DNA of 63,957 bases, counting the filler. It is 5 parts of 5 records of this genome, joined end to end, with 100 filler letters (N's around TTAATTAATTAA, not from the genome) between each part and the next. Parts side by side here need not be neighbours in the genome. Positions count along the whole stretch, not along the records: positions 18,235 to 44,446 come from SRR31156797_5329; 4 more parts are not named here. One strand, written 5' to 3'. Within the stretch, counting starts at the first letter, position 1, and every line of letters begins with the position of its first letter. Shown in pieces: positions 19,951-28,993 of the stretch. The notes below the pieces were generated by a model. The model worked only from the letters and a program-made list of their open reading frames with translations. It ran no database searches and had not been told where the DNA came from. A program made the translations under genes and the position numbers.

Positions 19951-21501
19951 ATGTCCAGTGAACTGATCATCAATTCCAGATCCTATGAAACCAGGGTTGC
20001 ACTGGTTGAAAACGGCGTTGTTGTTGAACTGCACATTGAGAGAGACAGCGGCCGGGAGTTGATGGGTAATATTTATCGAGGGAGGGTGGTCCGCGTTCTA
20101 CCCGGTATGCAGGCGGCTTTTGTGGACATCAGCCTCGGAAGAACCGCCTTCCTTTACGTTTCCGACGTTTACAGGGATTTTTCGGATTTTGAGCAGATGA
20201 TGCTGAACGCCGGTGATGTTAATGAAACCCTGGATACGGATAAGTTTGAGGATTCCGTTAGAAAGCAATCAAGCCATAATGGTTTCCAGATAGAGGACCT
20301 TCTCCATGAAGGGCAAAGCATTATGGTTCAGGTTTCAAAAGAGCCCCTTGGAAATAAAGGGGCCCGCTTGACATCCCACGTATCATTGCCCGGGAGGCAC
20401 CTGGTGCTGATGCCCACGGTGAACCATATCGGGGTATCTCGAAAAATTGAAGACAGAGAAGAGCGCGAACGGCTCAAAGGCGCCATAAAAGAAATATTAT
20501 TGGGCAGGGATATCAATCCCGGATCCTTTGGTTTTATTGTCAGGACCGTTGCGGAAAACACTTCCAAAGAAAAACTGGAAGCTGAAATGGATTTTTTGCT
20601 GAAACTCTGGGAAAATATCAGGGAAAAAATGGATAAAGGCCATAATCCCGGACTTTTATACAAGGATCTTACCATTACACTGCGGGCGGTAAGGGACTTG
20701 TTTACCAGGGAAGTGGATCGTCTTATTGTCGATTCGGATAAAGAGTACGAAAAGATTATGGCCTTTATTGAGACCTTTGCACCCCGGTTGAAATACTCGG
20801 TTGAACTCTATGAAGGGGCCGGTCCCATTTTTGATGCCTTTGGCATCGAAATAGAGATTTCCCGAGCCCTCGGCACTAAGATCTGGTTAAAATCGGGAGG
20901 CTATATCGTCATTGAACTGACCGAAGCGTTGACGGCAATAGATGTAAACACCGGAAGTTATGTGGGGAAGCGAAATCTTGAAGAAACAATTCTAAAAACA
21001 AATCTTGAAGCCGTAAAAGAGATCGCCTATCAGCTCCGCTTCAGGAACATCGGTGGACTTATTGTAATTGATTTCATCGATATGGAGAAACTATCAAACC
21101 GTGAACGGGTCTCCATGGCGCTTAAGGAGGCGCTCAGTAAAGATAAAGCCAAAACAAATATTCTTCAAATGTCTGATCTGGGGTTGATCGAGATGACCCG
21201 AAAGAGAACCCGGGCCAGTCTGAACCGACTGCTCAGTGAACCGTGCGCCTACTGTGAAGGGCGAGGGACGTTGAAATCACCCAAAACAATCTGTTACGAG
21301 ATTTTCAGGGACCTGGAACGGGACTGCATGCACCTGGAAGAAGGGGGCAGCATTCACATTTATGTGAACCCTGAAGTAGACAAGATCTTGAGGGAAGAAG
21401 AGCAGGGGTCGGTTATTGATCTGGAAAAAAGAACTGGAAAACGGATCATCATTGTGGGAAAAGAACACTTCCATCAGGAGCAGTATTCCGTCGAGCTTTA
21501 G
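19951..21501 (+). CDS. rng: Ribonuclease G (Rne/Rng family)
   Basis: ETRVALVENG, GNIYRGRV..VLPGMQAAFVDI, KEPLGNKGARLT, AIDVNTG, NIGGLIVIDFIDM, CAYCEGRG. 516 aa with no RNase E tail. Confidence 0.95.
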   Translation: MSSELIINSRSYETRVALVENGVVVELHIERDSGRELMGNIYRGRVVRVLPGMQAAFVDISLGRTAFLYVSDVYRDFSDFEQMMLNAGDVNETLDTDKFEDSVRKQSSHNGFQIEDLLHEGQSIMVQVSKEPLGNKGARLTSHVSLPGRHLVLMPTVNHIGVSRKIEDREERERLKGAIKEILLGRDINPGSFGFIVRTVAENTSKEKLEAEMDFLLKLWENIREKMDKGHNPGLLYKDLTITLRAVRDLFTREVDRLIVDSDKEYEKIMAFIETFAPRLKYSVELYEGAGPIFDAFGIEIEISRALGTKIWLKSGGYIVIELTEALTAIDVNTGSYVGKRNLEETILKTNLEAVKEIAYQLRFRNIGGLIVIDFIDMEKLSNRERVSMALKEALSKDKAKTNILQMSDLGLIEMTRKRTRASLNRLLSEPCAYCEGRGTLKSPKTICYEIFRDLERDCMHLEEGGSIHIYVNPEVDKILREEEQGSVIDLEKRTGKRIIIVGKEHFHQEQYSVEL

Positions 21502-21728
21502 TCTCTTTTGATGCGTGCCTTACGCAACCGGCTCAATCCCGATTCTATTTCCCCCCTGGAAAACGTTTTTTCACATCTTGTGCACTGGAACCGTTCACCC
21601 ACCTTCTTGTCGTAGATGAGATCATCGGAAAAATTCACTCCGTGAAACCGAAGACAGAAATTGTAAACAAGTTTGAAGTCTTTGCCGTCACAATTATCAC
21701 ACAAAAAATAATCCAGGATGTCACCCAT
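21498..21728 (-). CDS. Small dual-CxxC zinc-ribbon protein
   Basis: CDNC...CTRC pair. GGGGAG RBS before ATG 21728 (MGDILDYFLC). Stop overlaps the rng stop. Confidence 0.7.
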   Translation of the reverse strand: MGDILDYFLCDNCDGKDFKLVYNFCLRFHGVNFSDDLIYDKKVGERFQCTRCEKTFSRGEIESGLSRLRKARIKRD

Positions 21729-22027
21729 CAGAATCTCCCCAAAAAGCAATCCTACCTAAAATGTACATCTTTAAGCCCTTTGTCCGTTATGGTCCGTTAA
21801 TTTGAAGGCTAATAGAATCCCTTTTAGCCATTATTTCGAATAGTTATCCGATGTTGAAGAATATGCGGCCTTGTTTCAAAGAAACCTTTTATACTTTTCT
21901 ATTTCTTTTTACAATGTTTTTTTGACCCCAGGGCCCGGATTGGTTACAATCGCCCGAATCCCACTGGGGAACAGGTTGCTTCAGTCAAAAACCATTGACC
22001 ACGATTTAACTTTCTGGAGGCTTTCCG

Positions 22028-22813
22028 GTGTTCATCATCAAAAAAATAGTGGGGTCGCTTTTGATGCCCTTACCCTTCTGTCTTCTGATTTCTTTTCTGG
22101 GGTTGTTTTTTTTATGGCGCGGAAAAAGGGTTTTGACGGGAAAAATACTGATGGCAATGGGTCTCGTGGGGCTTACCGTAATGAGCTATAACCCTGTATC
22201 AAGGGTATTAAATACGCCGTTGAACTGCAAATATGAAGCGTATTCACCGGAATTGCTGAAAAAAACCGGAACCGAACCTGACACTATGGTAAAATATGTG
22301 GTGGTGCTTGCCGGTGGCCATAAGTCCGATCCAAACATTCCCGCAACCGGTCAGCTCTCCGGAAATTCGTTGATCCGACTGGTGGAAGGGGTTCGGATTC
22401 TTAGGCAGAATCCCGGCGCCAGATTGATCCTTTCAGGGGGTGGTTTTGTGGATCCTGTTCCTGAAGCGGCGGTTATGGCCCAAGTCAGCCGGTTCATGGG
22501 GGTGTCGAAAGACGACATGATCATTGAATCCACTTCCAAAGATACGGAAGACCAGGCCCGGTTGATCAAACCCATTGTCGGAACGGCGCCCTTTGTGCTG
22601 GTAACGTCCGCCGTCCATATGCCCCGGTCCATGGCTCTTTTTCAAAACTTCGGCATGAATCCCATCCCAGGGCCTGCCGGTAGTACCTCGCGGGTCAAAA
22701 TGCCCTTTTCCCCCCAAGATCTCTTCCCCAGCGTCAGTGCTCTGGAGGACACGACCGATGCGGTCCATGAATATCTCGGGCTCATGTGGGGCAGGTTGAA
22801 GGGGAAAATTTGA
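22028..22813 (+). CDS. elyC: ElyC/YdcF (DUF218) envelope biogenesis factor
   Basis: MFIIKKIVGSLLMPLP N-terminus like ElyC. VVVLAGG, RLVEG, ILSGG, SKDTEDQA, LVTSAVHMPRS and AVHEYLG motifs. Confidence 0.85.
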   Translation: MFIIKKIVGSLLMPLPFCLLISFLGLFFLWRGKRVLTGKILMAMGLVGLTVMSYNPVSRVLNTPLNCKYEAYSPELLKKTGTEPDTMVKYVVVLAGGHKSDPNIPATGQLSGNSLIRLVEGVRILRQNPGARLILSGGGFVDPVPEAAVMAQVSRFMGVSKDDMIIESTSKDTEDQARLIKPIVGTAPFVLVTSAVHMPRSMALFQNFGMNPIPGPAGSTSRVKMPFSPQDLFPSVSALEDTTDAVHEYLGLMWGRLKGKI

Positions 22814-22815
22814 GA

Positions 22816-23517
22816 ATGGGGTATTTCCAAAAACGTATTTCAAAAGGTGCGTTGATCAAATTTCTGGGACTCATCTTTTTTGCCGCCGGCGCCCTTTGCC
22901 TGTATCGATTTACGGCACTCAAAGAGTTGATAACCCCCCAAACTCTGGGATCAATCCTTAATGCGTCCGGGTTCTGGGCGCCGGCCGTCTTTATTGTTCT
23001 GGAAGCTGCGGCAATCGCCCTTTTCGTTCCGGCCAGCATCCTGATTATTTTGGCCGCCGGTCTATTCGGGCCCTATTGGGGATTTTTGTATGGATGGCTC
23101 GGCGTCTGGGCAGGGGCGGGATGCGCTTTTTTTGTGGGAAGGACCCTGGGCCGGGATTTTGTTAAATCCGCCATAGGCGACCGGCTGGAAAAATATGATG
23201 ACGCCATCGAAAAAAACGGGTTTACGGCAGTGCTTTATATCCGCTTGCTCAATATGCCTTTCACGCCCATGAATTACGGATTGAGCCTCACCAAAGTCCA
23301 TTTCAAAGATTTTTTCCTCGGCACGGGACTGGGGGTCATGGTCTCCGTTTTTGCCATTACGTTCCTCAGTGGAATGATAAGAGATGCCTGGATTTCCGGC
23401 CGGTGGAGCGATCTGGTTTCCTTGAAAATGTTGTTTGGAATTATCCTTTATGTTTTTTCATTTTTCATCCCGATGATTCTTAAGAAAATAAAAGGGAGCC
23501 CGGCGTTATCTTCGTAG
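22816..23517 (+). CDS. TVP38/TMEM64 (DedA/VTT) family membrane protein
   Basis: FVPASILIILAAGLFG, FFVGRTLGRD, RLLNMPFTPMNYGLSLTKVHFKDFFLGT. ATG 22816 directly after the elyC stop. Confidence 0.9.
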   Translation: MGYFQKRISKGALIKFLGLIFFAAGALCLYRFTALKELITPQTLGSILNASGFWAPAVFIVLEAAAIALFVPASILIILAAGLFGPYWGFLYGWLGVWAGAGCAFFVGRTLGRDFVKSAIGDRLEKYDDAIEKNGFTAVLYIRLLNMPFTPMNYGLSLTKVHFKDFFLGTGLGVMVSVFAITFLSGMIRDAWISGRWSDLVSLKMLFGIILYVFSFFIPMILKKIKGSPALSS

Positions 23518-23718
23518 TTGCAATGTTCCAATTGAAGCACATAAAGGGTATTTCACTTTTCCTACTATGAGATGCCATATGTATTTGTATTCAGTTTCCC
23601 CTTGACTCAAAGAGGAAGTGGCCGCGGGATTACACAACAAAAAAAAATCAACCGGGAAGAAAATCAAGAAACAAGCTGGCCCCAAACAATCCACGCTATT
23701 CTAACAAATTAGGGACCC

Positions 23719-24369
23719 ATGGAAAAACAGGGACGTTATTCTACATCCGGCATGACCGAAGATCAGTATATGCCCGGATCGGACGGCAAAGTTCTGAAGA
23801 ACCTGCTGAATATTATAACCCGGCATGAAATAGAGCGTATTGAAACGGAACTGCTCTTTGAAGTAACGGATCAGCTGCTGGATGAATTTGATAATACCCA
23901 CCGGTTTTCTGCGGATGACATCTCGGAAATACACCGCAAATGGCTCGGATCCGTGTATGCGTGGGCCGGAAAATATCGCCAAGTCATGATGAGCAAAGGC
24001 AATTTCACCTTTGCCGCCCCGGCGCATATCCCCCGATTGATGGCGGATTTTGAAAAAGAGATTTTGGCGGAATACACGCCCTGTACGTTTGAATCAAGGG
24101 AGAAGATAGTGACTGCTCTGGCAATCGTTCACACTGACCTTATCCTCATCCACCCTTTCCGGGAAGGAAACGGCAGGGTATCACGTCTTCTGGCCACGTT
24201 AATGGCACTGCAAGCCGGTTTGCCCTTTCTCGATTTCAGTGGTTTTGAAAAGGAACGTCGGGAAGAATATTTTGCCGCAGTCCGGTGTGGGCTGGATCGT
24301 AATTACGAGCCCATGGAAAAGGTGTTCACCGATGTGGTTAATCGTTCATTACAGGCTTATGAGGCTTAG
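23719..24369 (+). CDS. fic: Fic-domain AMP transferase (class I toxin type)
   Basis: Canonical HPFREGNGRVSR active-site motif. Y.PG..VLKNLL N-terminus and IHRKWLGSVYAWAGKYR. No internal (S/T)xxxE(G/N) inhibitory helix seen. Confidence 0.93.
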   Translation: MEKQGRYSTSGMTEDQYMPGSDGKVLKNLLNIITRHEIERIETELLFEVTDQLLDEFDNTHRFSADDISEIHRKWLGSVYAWAGKYRQVMMSKGNFTFAAPAHIPRLMADFEKEILAEYTPCTFESREKIVTALAIVHTDLILIHPFREGNGRVSRLLATLMALQAGLPFLDFSGFEKERREEYFAAVRCGLDRNYEPMEKVFTDVVNRSLQAYEA

Positions 24370-24529
24370 GCGGGTTGCCTTTTTTTTTCAAATACGCCTC
24401 GAGAAGGGCGGCTGCCGCTATCCCTTCAATGGCGGAAGATGAGCGTACGGAAGCGACAAGGCCCGTCAGTCGTCTGGTGTTGTCGCGAAGGTAAGGATTT
24501 GTTTGACTGAGACATTCTTTTTTCATCAT
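24338..24529 (-). CDS. Probable Fic antitoxin (VbhA/FicA-like inhibitory helix)
   Basis: 63 aa containing SVRSSSAIEG, which matches the (S/T)xxxE(G/N) motif. Convergent with fic, overlapping its 3' end by 32 nt. Confidence 0.7.
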   Translation of the reverse strand: MMKKECLSQTNPYLRDNTRRLTGLVASVRSSSAIEGIAAAALLEAYLKKKGNPPKPHKPVMND

Positions 24530-24588
24530 TCGATAATAGCATATTCGGCCGGCATTTTCATTGAATTTGTTTCTCGGTCGGAAGGTGT

Positions 24589-26121
24589 TTATTGGTCAAT
24601 CATCATTTTTTTAACTTTCCCGAGAGCCGTTCTCGGGAACTCCTCGCAGAAGACAATTTCCCCGGGCCATTTATAACGGGCCAGTTGCGTCTCACAGTGC
24701 GATAAAAGGGATTCGCATGTGGTATCCGCTCCCTTTTTCAAAACGACAAACGCTTTTCCCGTCTCTCCCCATTTCTCATCCGGTACACCCACCACGGCGG
24801 CGTCTTTTACGGCCTCATGGGTTTTTAAAACCGCTTCCACTTCAACGGGGTAAACATTTTCACCTCCCGATATGTACATGTTCTTGACCCGGTCCACCAG
24901 GAAGAAATAGCCGTCTTCATCCATCCGGGCAAGATCCCCCGTGTGCAGCCAACCGTTTCTGATGGTTTCTTCCGTTCTCGCAGGGTCCTGCCAATACTCT
25001 TTCATCATGATGGATCCCCGGACCGCAATTTCCCCCACCTCACCGGTCTTGACGGGCCGTCCGGTGTCGTCCATGAGGATCACTTCCGAATGAAAAACAG
25101 GGCGACCCACGGTCCCCGGTTTTTTGATGGAATCCTCTTCGGATGCCCAAAAAAGGATTGATGTTTCCGTCTGCCCCATGATTTGCCGGACGGGGAATCC
25201 GGCCTTGCGGCACATGCTCTGTAATTCGAGGGTGACCTTTTCACCGCCGATGGCTGAAACCTTGAGCGTTGAAACATTCTTATTTATCGGTAGATCTCTT
25301 TTCAGAAGTGCCTTGTAAATGGTGGGGACACCCAAAAATTTGGTGACCCTGTACCGTTCAATGTCCGCATAGGTCCGGACGGCATCGAATTTGGGGTGGA
25401 TAATCATGGTGCCCCCTTTATAGAGGATCGGCGAGGCCTGAATAAAGAGTCCGCCCGAGTGGAAAAGCGGCAGGATGATGAGCATGGTATCGTCAAAATG
25501 GAGTTTGAAAAATATGTCCGCATTCAGACAGTTAAACAGCGTTTTCCGGTATGAGAGCACTGCCCCCTTGGGCGCGCCGGTGGTGCCGGAGGTGTACATG
25601 ATCACGTGGGGTTCTTCAGGGTCGGCAGGTGCCAGAGATTTGGTGAGAAACGGTTTTTTTCCATCAAATTTCCGCGTTTCGGGTTTGAAATCAAGAATAT
25701 CTTCCGGGTCATGGCCGGAACCGAGACAAGCCAGAACCATGTGAGGTTTTTCATTGTGAAGTTTCAGCTCGCATACGCTTTGTCGGGAGGCTTCACCGAA
25801 CACGAACAGCCTGGGTTGGGCGTTTTTCAAAATGTAGGTCAATTCAGGGCCGGTCAGCCTGAAATTGATGGGGACGAAAATGGCCCCCAGCCGCGCACAC
25901 GCCAGGTAAAGGTCTATGAATTCAGGGCAGTTTCTCATCATGACGGCCACCCGGTCCCCCTTTTCTATCCCTAAGGATTGAAGCCAGCAACTGACCCGGT
26001 TGGCCCGTCCGTGAAGTTCCAGATAGGTTATTTTTCTTCCCTCGAAAAGGATGGCGATCTTCTCCGGATGCAATTCTTTCCACCGTTGCACCCACCAGGC
26101 GATATTCATGGATTTAATCAT
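24589..26121 (-). CDS. Acyl-CoA synthetase (AMP-forming; long-chain/MenE-like)
   Basis: IMYTSGTTGAPKG, PLFHSGG, GQTET, GWLHTGDL, YISGGENVYP and PRTALGKV motifs. Confidence 0.93.
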   Translation of the reverse strand: MIKSMNIAWWVQRWKELHPEKIAILFEGRKITYLELHGRANRVSCWLQSLGIEKGDRVAVMMRNCPEFIDLYLACARLGAIFVPINFRLTGPELTYILKNAQPRLFVFGEASRQSVCELKLHNEKPHMVLACLGSGHDPEDILDFKPETRKFDGKKPFLTKSLAPADPEEPHVIMYTSGTTGAPKGAVLSYRKTLFNCLNADIFFKLHFDDTMLIILPLFHSGGLFIQASPILYKGGTMIIHPKFDAVRTYADIERYRVTKFLGVPTIYKALLKRDLPINKNVSTLKVSAIGGEKVTLELQSMCRKAGFPVRQIMGQTETSILFWASEEDSIKKPGTVGRPVFHSEVILMDDTGRPVKTGEVGEIAVRGSIMMKEYWQDPARTEETIRNGWLHTGDLARMDEDGYFFLVDRVKNMYISGGENVYPVEVEAVLKTHEAVKDAAVVGVPDEKWGETGKAFVVLKKGADTTCESLLSHCETQLARYKWPGEIVFCEEFPRTALGKVKKMMIDQ

Positions 26122-27098
26122 TTCGATTCCTTTTGGATCGGTTTAAAAAGATATTTTTCAAATAAAGAGACGGGCATCCTGGTTACCACGCGGACCAGTA
26201 TAAATATGAAAATCATGGCGTATATCACCCTTATCCAGAGAAGTCCGGACAGATGGGCGCCCAGGACCACCATGAGCAGAGTGTCTTCAATTACACTGTG
26301 GGCCAGCCCCATGAAAGAAACGGCAAAAAAAATATCCCGGTTTTGGACTTTGCCGGATCGGGCCTCATGGATAATCAATCCGCCGCCGTATGCCAGCCCC
26401 ATCACCATACCGATAATGGTGAGGGGCGCCGCCGCCGGGCCGATCCCCAGAAGCTTCAGCAGCGGATTGAACAATCTGATGAACACTTTGGTGACCTTGA
26501 GAAAATCGAGTATTTTCATAAGGGTGATCAGCCCGAAAATGATGGCGAAAATAGCGCATAGGTTTTGAAGCTGATCCACACCCCAAAAGAAGAGGTTTTC
26601 CGGTTCCGCCTCCGGGACCCACAGCAGATGATTGGGAGTTTGCAGCCAGCCGGATAAATTATAAATATGATGCAGCAAAACCCCCACAAAGAGGGCGGAT
26701 CCCATCCGCATGAACCATTGGAACAGGATGCGGTTCCCGGATTTTCGAGCGATCTCAAGTTCGATGGGGAGCGAGTGGGCAATCAGGATAATGGTTCCCA
26801 GAATTGTCACCTGGGCCGTGGTCAGTGGAAACTGGGGCGACAGGGAAACAAACACAATCATGGCGCCATAAATATTATTGATCATGGCCGTTGCCCAGAC
26901 AAGGCCCATTTCCCCGGGCAGTCCCATCAATGACATGATCGGTGACAACGGCATGGCCATATGGGCAATCAATCCCAGTTCCTGAAACAGCTTGACCCCG
27001 AGAATAATGGGAATCATGATTTTGAACAGGGAAATACTGACCTGAACGGCTTGTGCAGGGATCTTTTTCAGTTCAATGATGATTTGTGGCATTTCCAT
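26118..27098 (-). CDS. Nucleoside-recognition (Gate) domain membrane protein
   Basis: Two repeated halves (LSPIMSLMGLPGE / FNPLLKLLGIGP) with AHSLPIE and AHSVIEDT motifs. Overlaps the ligase start by 4 nt. Confidence 0.75.
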   Translation of the reverse strand: MEMPQIIIELKKIPAQAVQVSISLFKIMIPIILGVKLFQELGLIAHMAMPLSPIMSLMGLPGEMGLVWATAMINNIYGAMIVFVSLSPQFPLTTAQVTILGTIILIAHSLPIELEIARKSGNRILFQWFMRMGSALFVGVLLHHIYNLSGWLQTPNHLLWVPEAEPENLFFWGVDQLQNLCAIFAIIFGLITLMKILDFLKVTKVFIRLFNPLLKLLGIGPAAAPLTIIGMVMGLAYGGGLIIHEARSGKVQNRDIFFAVSFMGLAHSVIEDTLLMVVLGAHLSGLLWIRVIYAMIFIFILVRVVTRMPVSLFEKYLFKPIQKESK

Positions 27099-27106
27099 CG
27101 GATGGT

Positions 27107-27820
27107 TCAGGACGAGTCCGAACGCCGTCCACTGTGGATGGTCATGGTTCCGAACATGAATAAATTGTATTTGACGGATTCGAATCCGGCTTCTTGCATG
27201 GTGGCGACCATTTCATCAGGATTCATGAAATTCCTGGTGGTATCGGGCAGATAGGTGTAAGCCGCCTGATTTCCGCCCACAAGACGCCCTAAAAAGGGGA
27301 TTGTGATCTTGAGGTGAAGCGCAATCAATGGCCGCAACAGGTTTTGTTTGGGTGGCGAGGTTTCCAGGCAGACCGCACGGCCTCCCGGTTTGAGGACCCG
27401 CAACTGTTCCTGAAAGGCGCGTAGTGGGTTTACCACATTTCGAATCAGGTATCCGGAGGTTACGGCGTCAAAAGTGCCATCTGCAAAAGGGAGTTGCAGC
27501 GCATCCGCACAACACCAGGGGATGCGATTTCCCCCTGGGCGGCTTCGACCCTTTTTCATCATGCCATGGGAGAAATCAGCCGCTGTTACCTTTGCTGTCG
27601 GTTCTTTGTGAAGAGCGGTTAATGCGATATCCCCGGTTCCCGCTCCCACATCGAGCAAGTATCCGCCGGTAGGCAAATGGGCCTTTTCAATGACACGACG
27701 GCGCCATCTTGAATCAAAACCGAATGTCATCAGCCGGTTCAAGAGATCGTAGTGGCCGGCCAGCCGGTCAAACATGGCTTTTACGTCCGGTCTGTTTTGG
27801 GATTGTCTGTATGGTTCCAA
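27107..27820 (-). CDS. ubiE: UbiE/MenG family (demethylmenaquinone) methyltransferase
   Basis: VKAMFDRLAGHYDLLNRLMTFG, LLDVGAGTGD, DALQLPFADGTFDAVT, RVLKPGG and AYTYLP motifs. Confidence 0.85.
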   Translation of the reverse strand: MEPYRQSQNRPDVKAMFDRLAGHYDLLNRLMTFGFDSRWRRRVIEKAHLPTGGYLLDVGAGTGDIALTALHKEPTAKVTAADFSHGMMKKGRSRPGGNRIPWCCADALQLPFADGTFDAVTSGYLIRNVVNPLRAFQEQLRVLKPGGRAVCLETSPPKQNLLRPLIALHLKITIPFLGRLVGGNQAAYTYLPDTTRNFMNPDEMVATMQEAGFESVKYNLFMFGTMTIHSGRRSDSS

Positions 27821-27943
27821 GCGATACTTTCTCCTATTTCATGCTCCCGGCTTTTACCTGATCCACAGAAAAATATATCCTTTTTATTTTCGCCTGTACA
27901 GTGGATTCCTGAAGCGGTATAAGAATCCCGTAAAGCATCCAAA

Positions 27944-28945
27944 GTGAATAAAAGCATGATACCTGAAACCATGGAGACGAAAGTGGTGGAACAATACCCT
28001 GTTAAACTGAAACCGGTGGATGAGATTGAAATCGTAACCCTCATGGACAACTATTCCGATGTGCTGCTTCAAAGCGAAGGCCCCGTGACACGGGCGCCTT
28101 TGGCAACGGGTGGTGAGATCCCCACCGATACGCTCCTGGCGGAGCATGGGCTTTCTCAACTGGTACGCCTGGAATGTGGGGGGAGAACCCACAGCATCCT
28201 TTTTGACACCGGTTACAGCCGGATCGGTGTGTTGCATAACCTGAAACTTCTGGGGATTGATTTTGAAGGGATTGAAGCCATCATTATGAGTCATGGTCAC
28301 ATGGACCACACGGGCTCACTCCGCGCCATCCTGGAAAGTCTCGATCGCACCATGCCGCTGGTTGTCCATCCCGAAGCCTTTCTTTCTCCCCGCTACCTGA
28401 GTGTCGGCGACGGAAAGAAACTTCTTTTTCCCTGCACCTTGAAGCGGGATGAACTGGAAGTTCTCGGGGCGGAAATCCTCGAGTCAGCGGTGCCGGTTTC
28501 CCTTTGCCATAACGGCCTGTTGGTTACGGGCCAGGTGGAACGAACAACCTCTTTTGAAAAAGGGTTTCCAAATGCATATTTATCCCGGGACGGAAAAGAG
28601 GAGCCCGACGCCGTACGGGACGACCAGTCCCTGGTACTCCATTTGAAGGGAAAAGGTCTGGTTGTTATTTCAGGCTGCGCCCATGCGGGGATTGTCAATA
28701 CCGTGCAATACGCCAGAAAGATTACCGGAGTTGAAACCATTTATGGCATCATGGGCGGGTTTCACCTCTCCGGTCCGGCTTTTGAGCCCATTATCGAACA
28801 GACCATCGAGGAATTGATAAAAATGGATCCCAGCATCATCGTCCCCATGCATTGTACCGGTTGGAAAGCCATGGCCCAATTCCGGGAAGCCTTCTCAAGC
28901 GCCTTTATCCTGAACAGCGTCGGGTCCAAATTTACGCTGAATTGA
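27944..28945 (+). CDS. Metallo-beta-lactamase-fold hydrolase (DHPS-like MBL subfamily)
   Basis: AEHGLS, LFDTG, SHGHMDH (HxHxDH), DDQSL, SGCAHAG, GGFHL and PMHCTG motifs. Start uncertain. Confidence 0.88.
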   Translation: MNKSMIPETMETKVVEQYPVKLKPVDEIEIVTLMDNYSDVLLQSEGPVTRAPLATGGEIPTDTLLAEHGLSQLVRLECGGRTHSILFDTGYSRIGVLHNLKLLGIDFEGIEAIIMSHGHMDHTGSLRAILESLDRTMPLVVHPEAFLSPRYLSVGDGKKLLFPCTLKRDELEVLGAEILESAVPVSLCHNGLLVTGQVERTTSFEKGFPNAYLSRDGKEEPDAVRDDQSLVLHLKGKGLVVISGCAHAGIVNTVQYARKITGVETIYGIMGGFHLSGPAFEPIIEQTIEELIKMDPSIIVPMHCTGWKAMAQFREAFSSAFILNSVGSKFTLN

Positions 28946-28993
28946 GCTTCAGCAACCCCCGATCCCGGCCAATGGTCCCATATATTTGATGGA

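Noticed and set aside
18236-21501. Radical SAM/DUF2344 gene next to rng as a novel system
   Set aside because: This is a well-known conserved gene neighbourhood.
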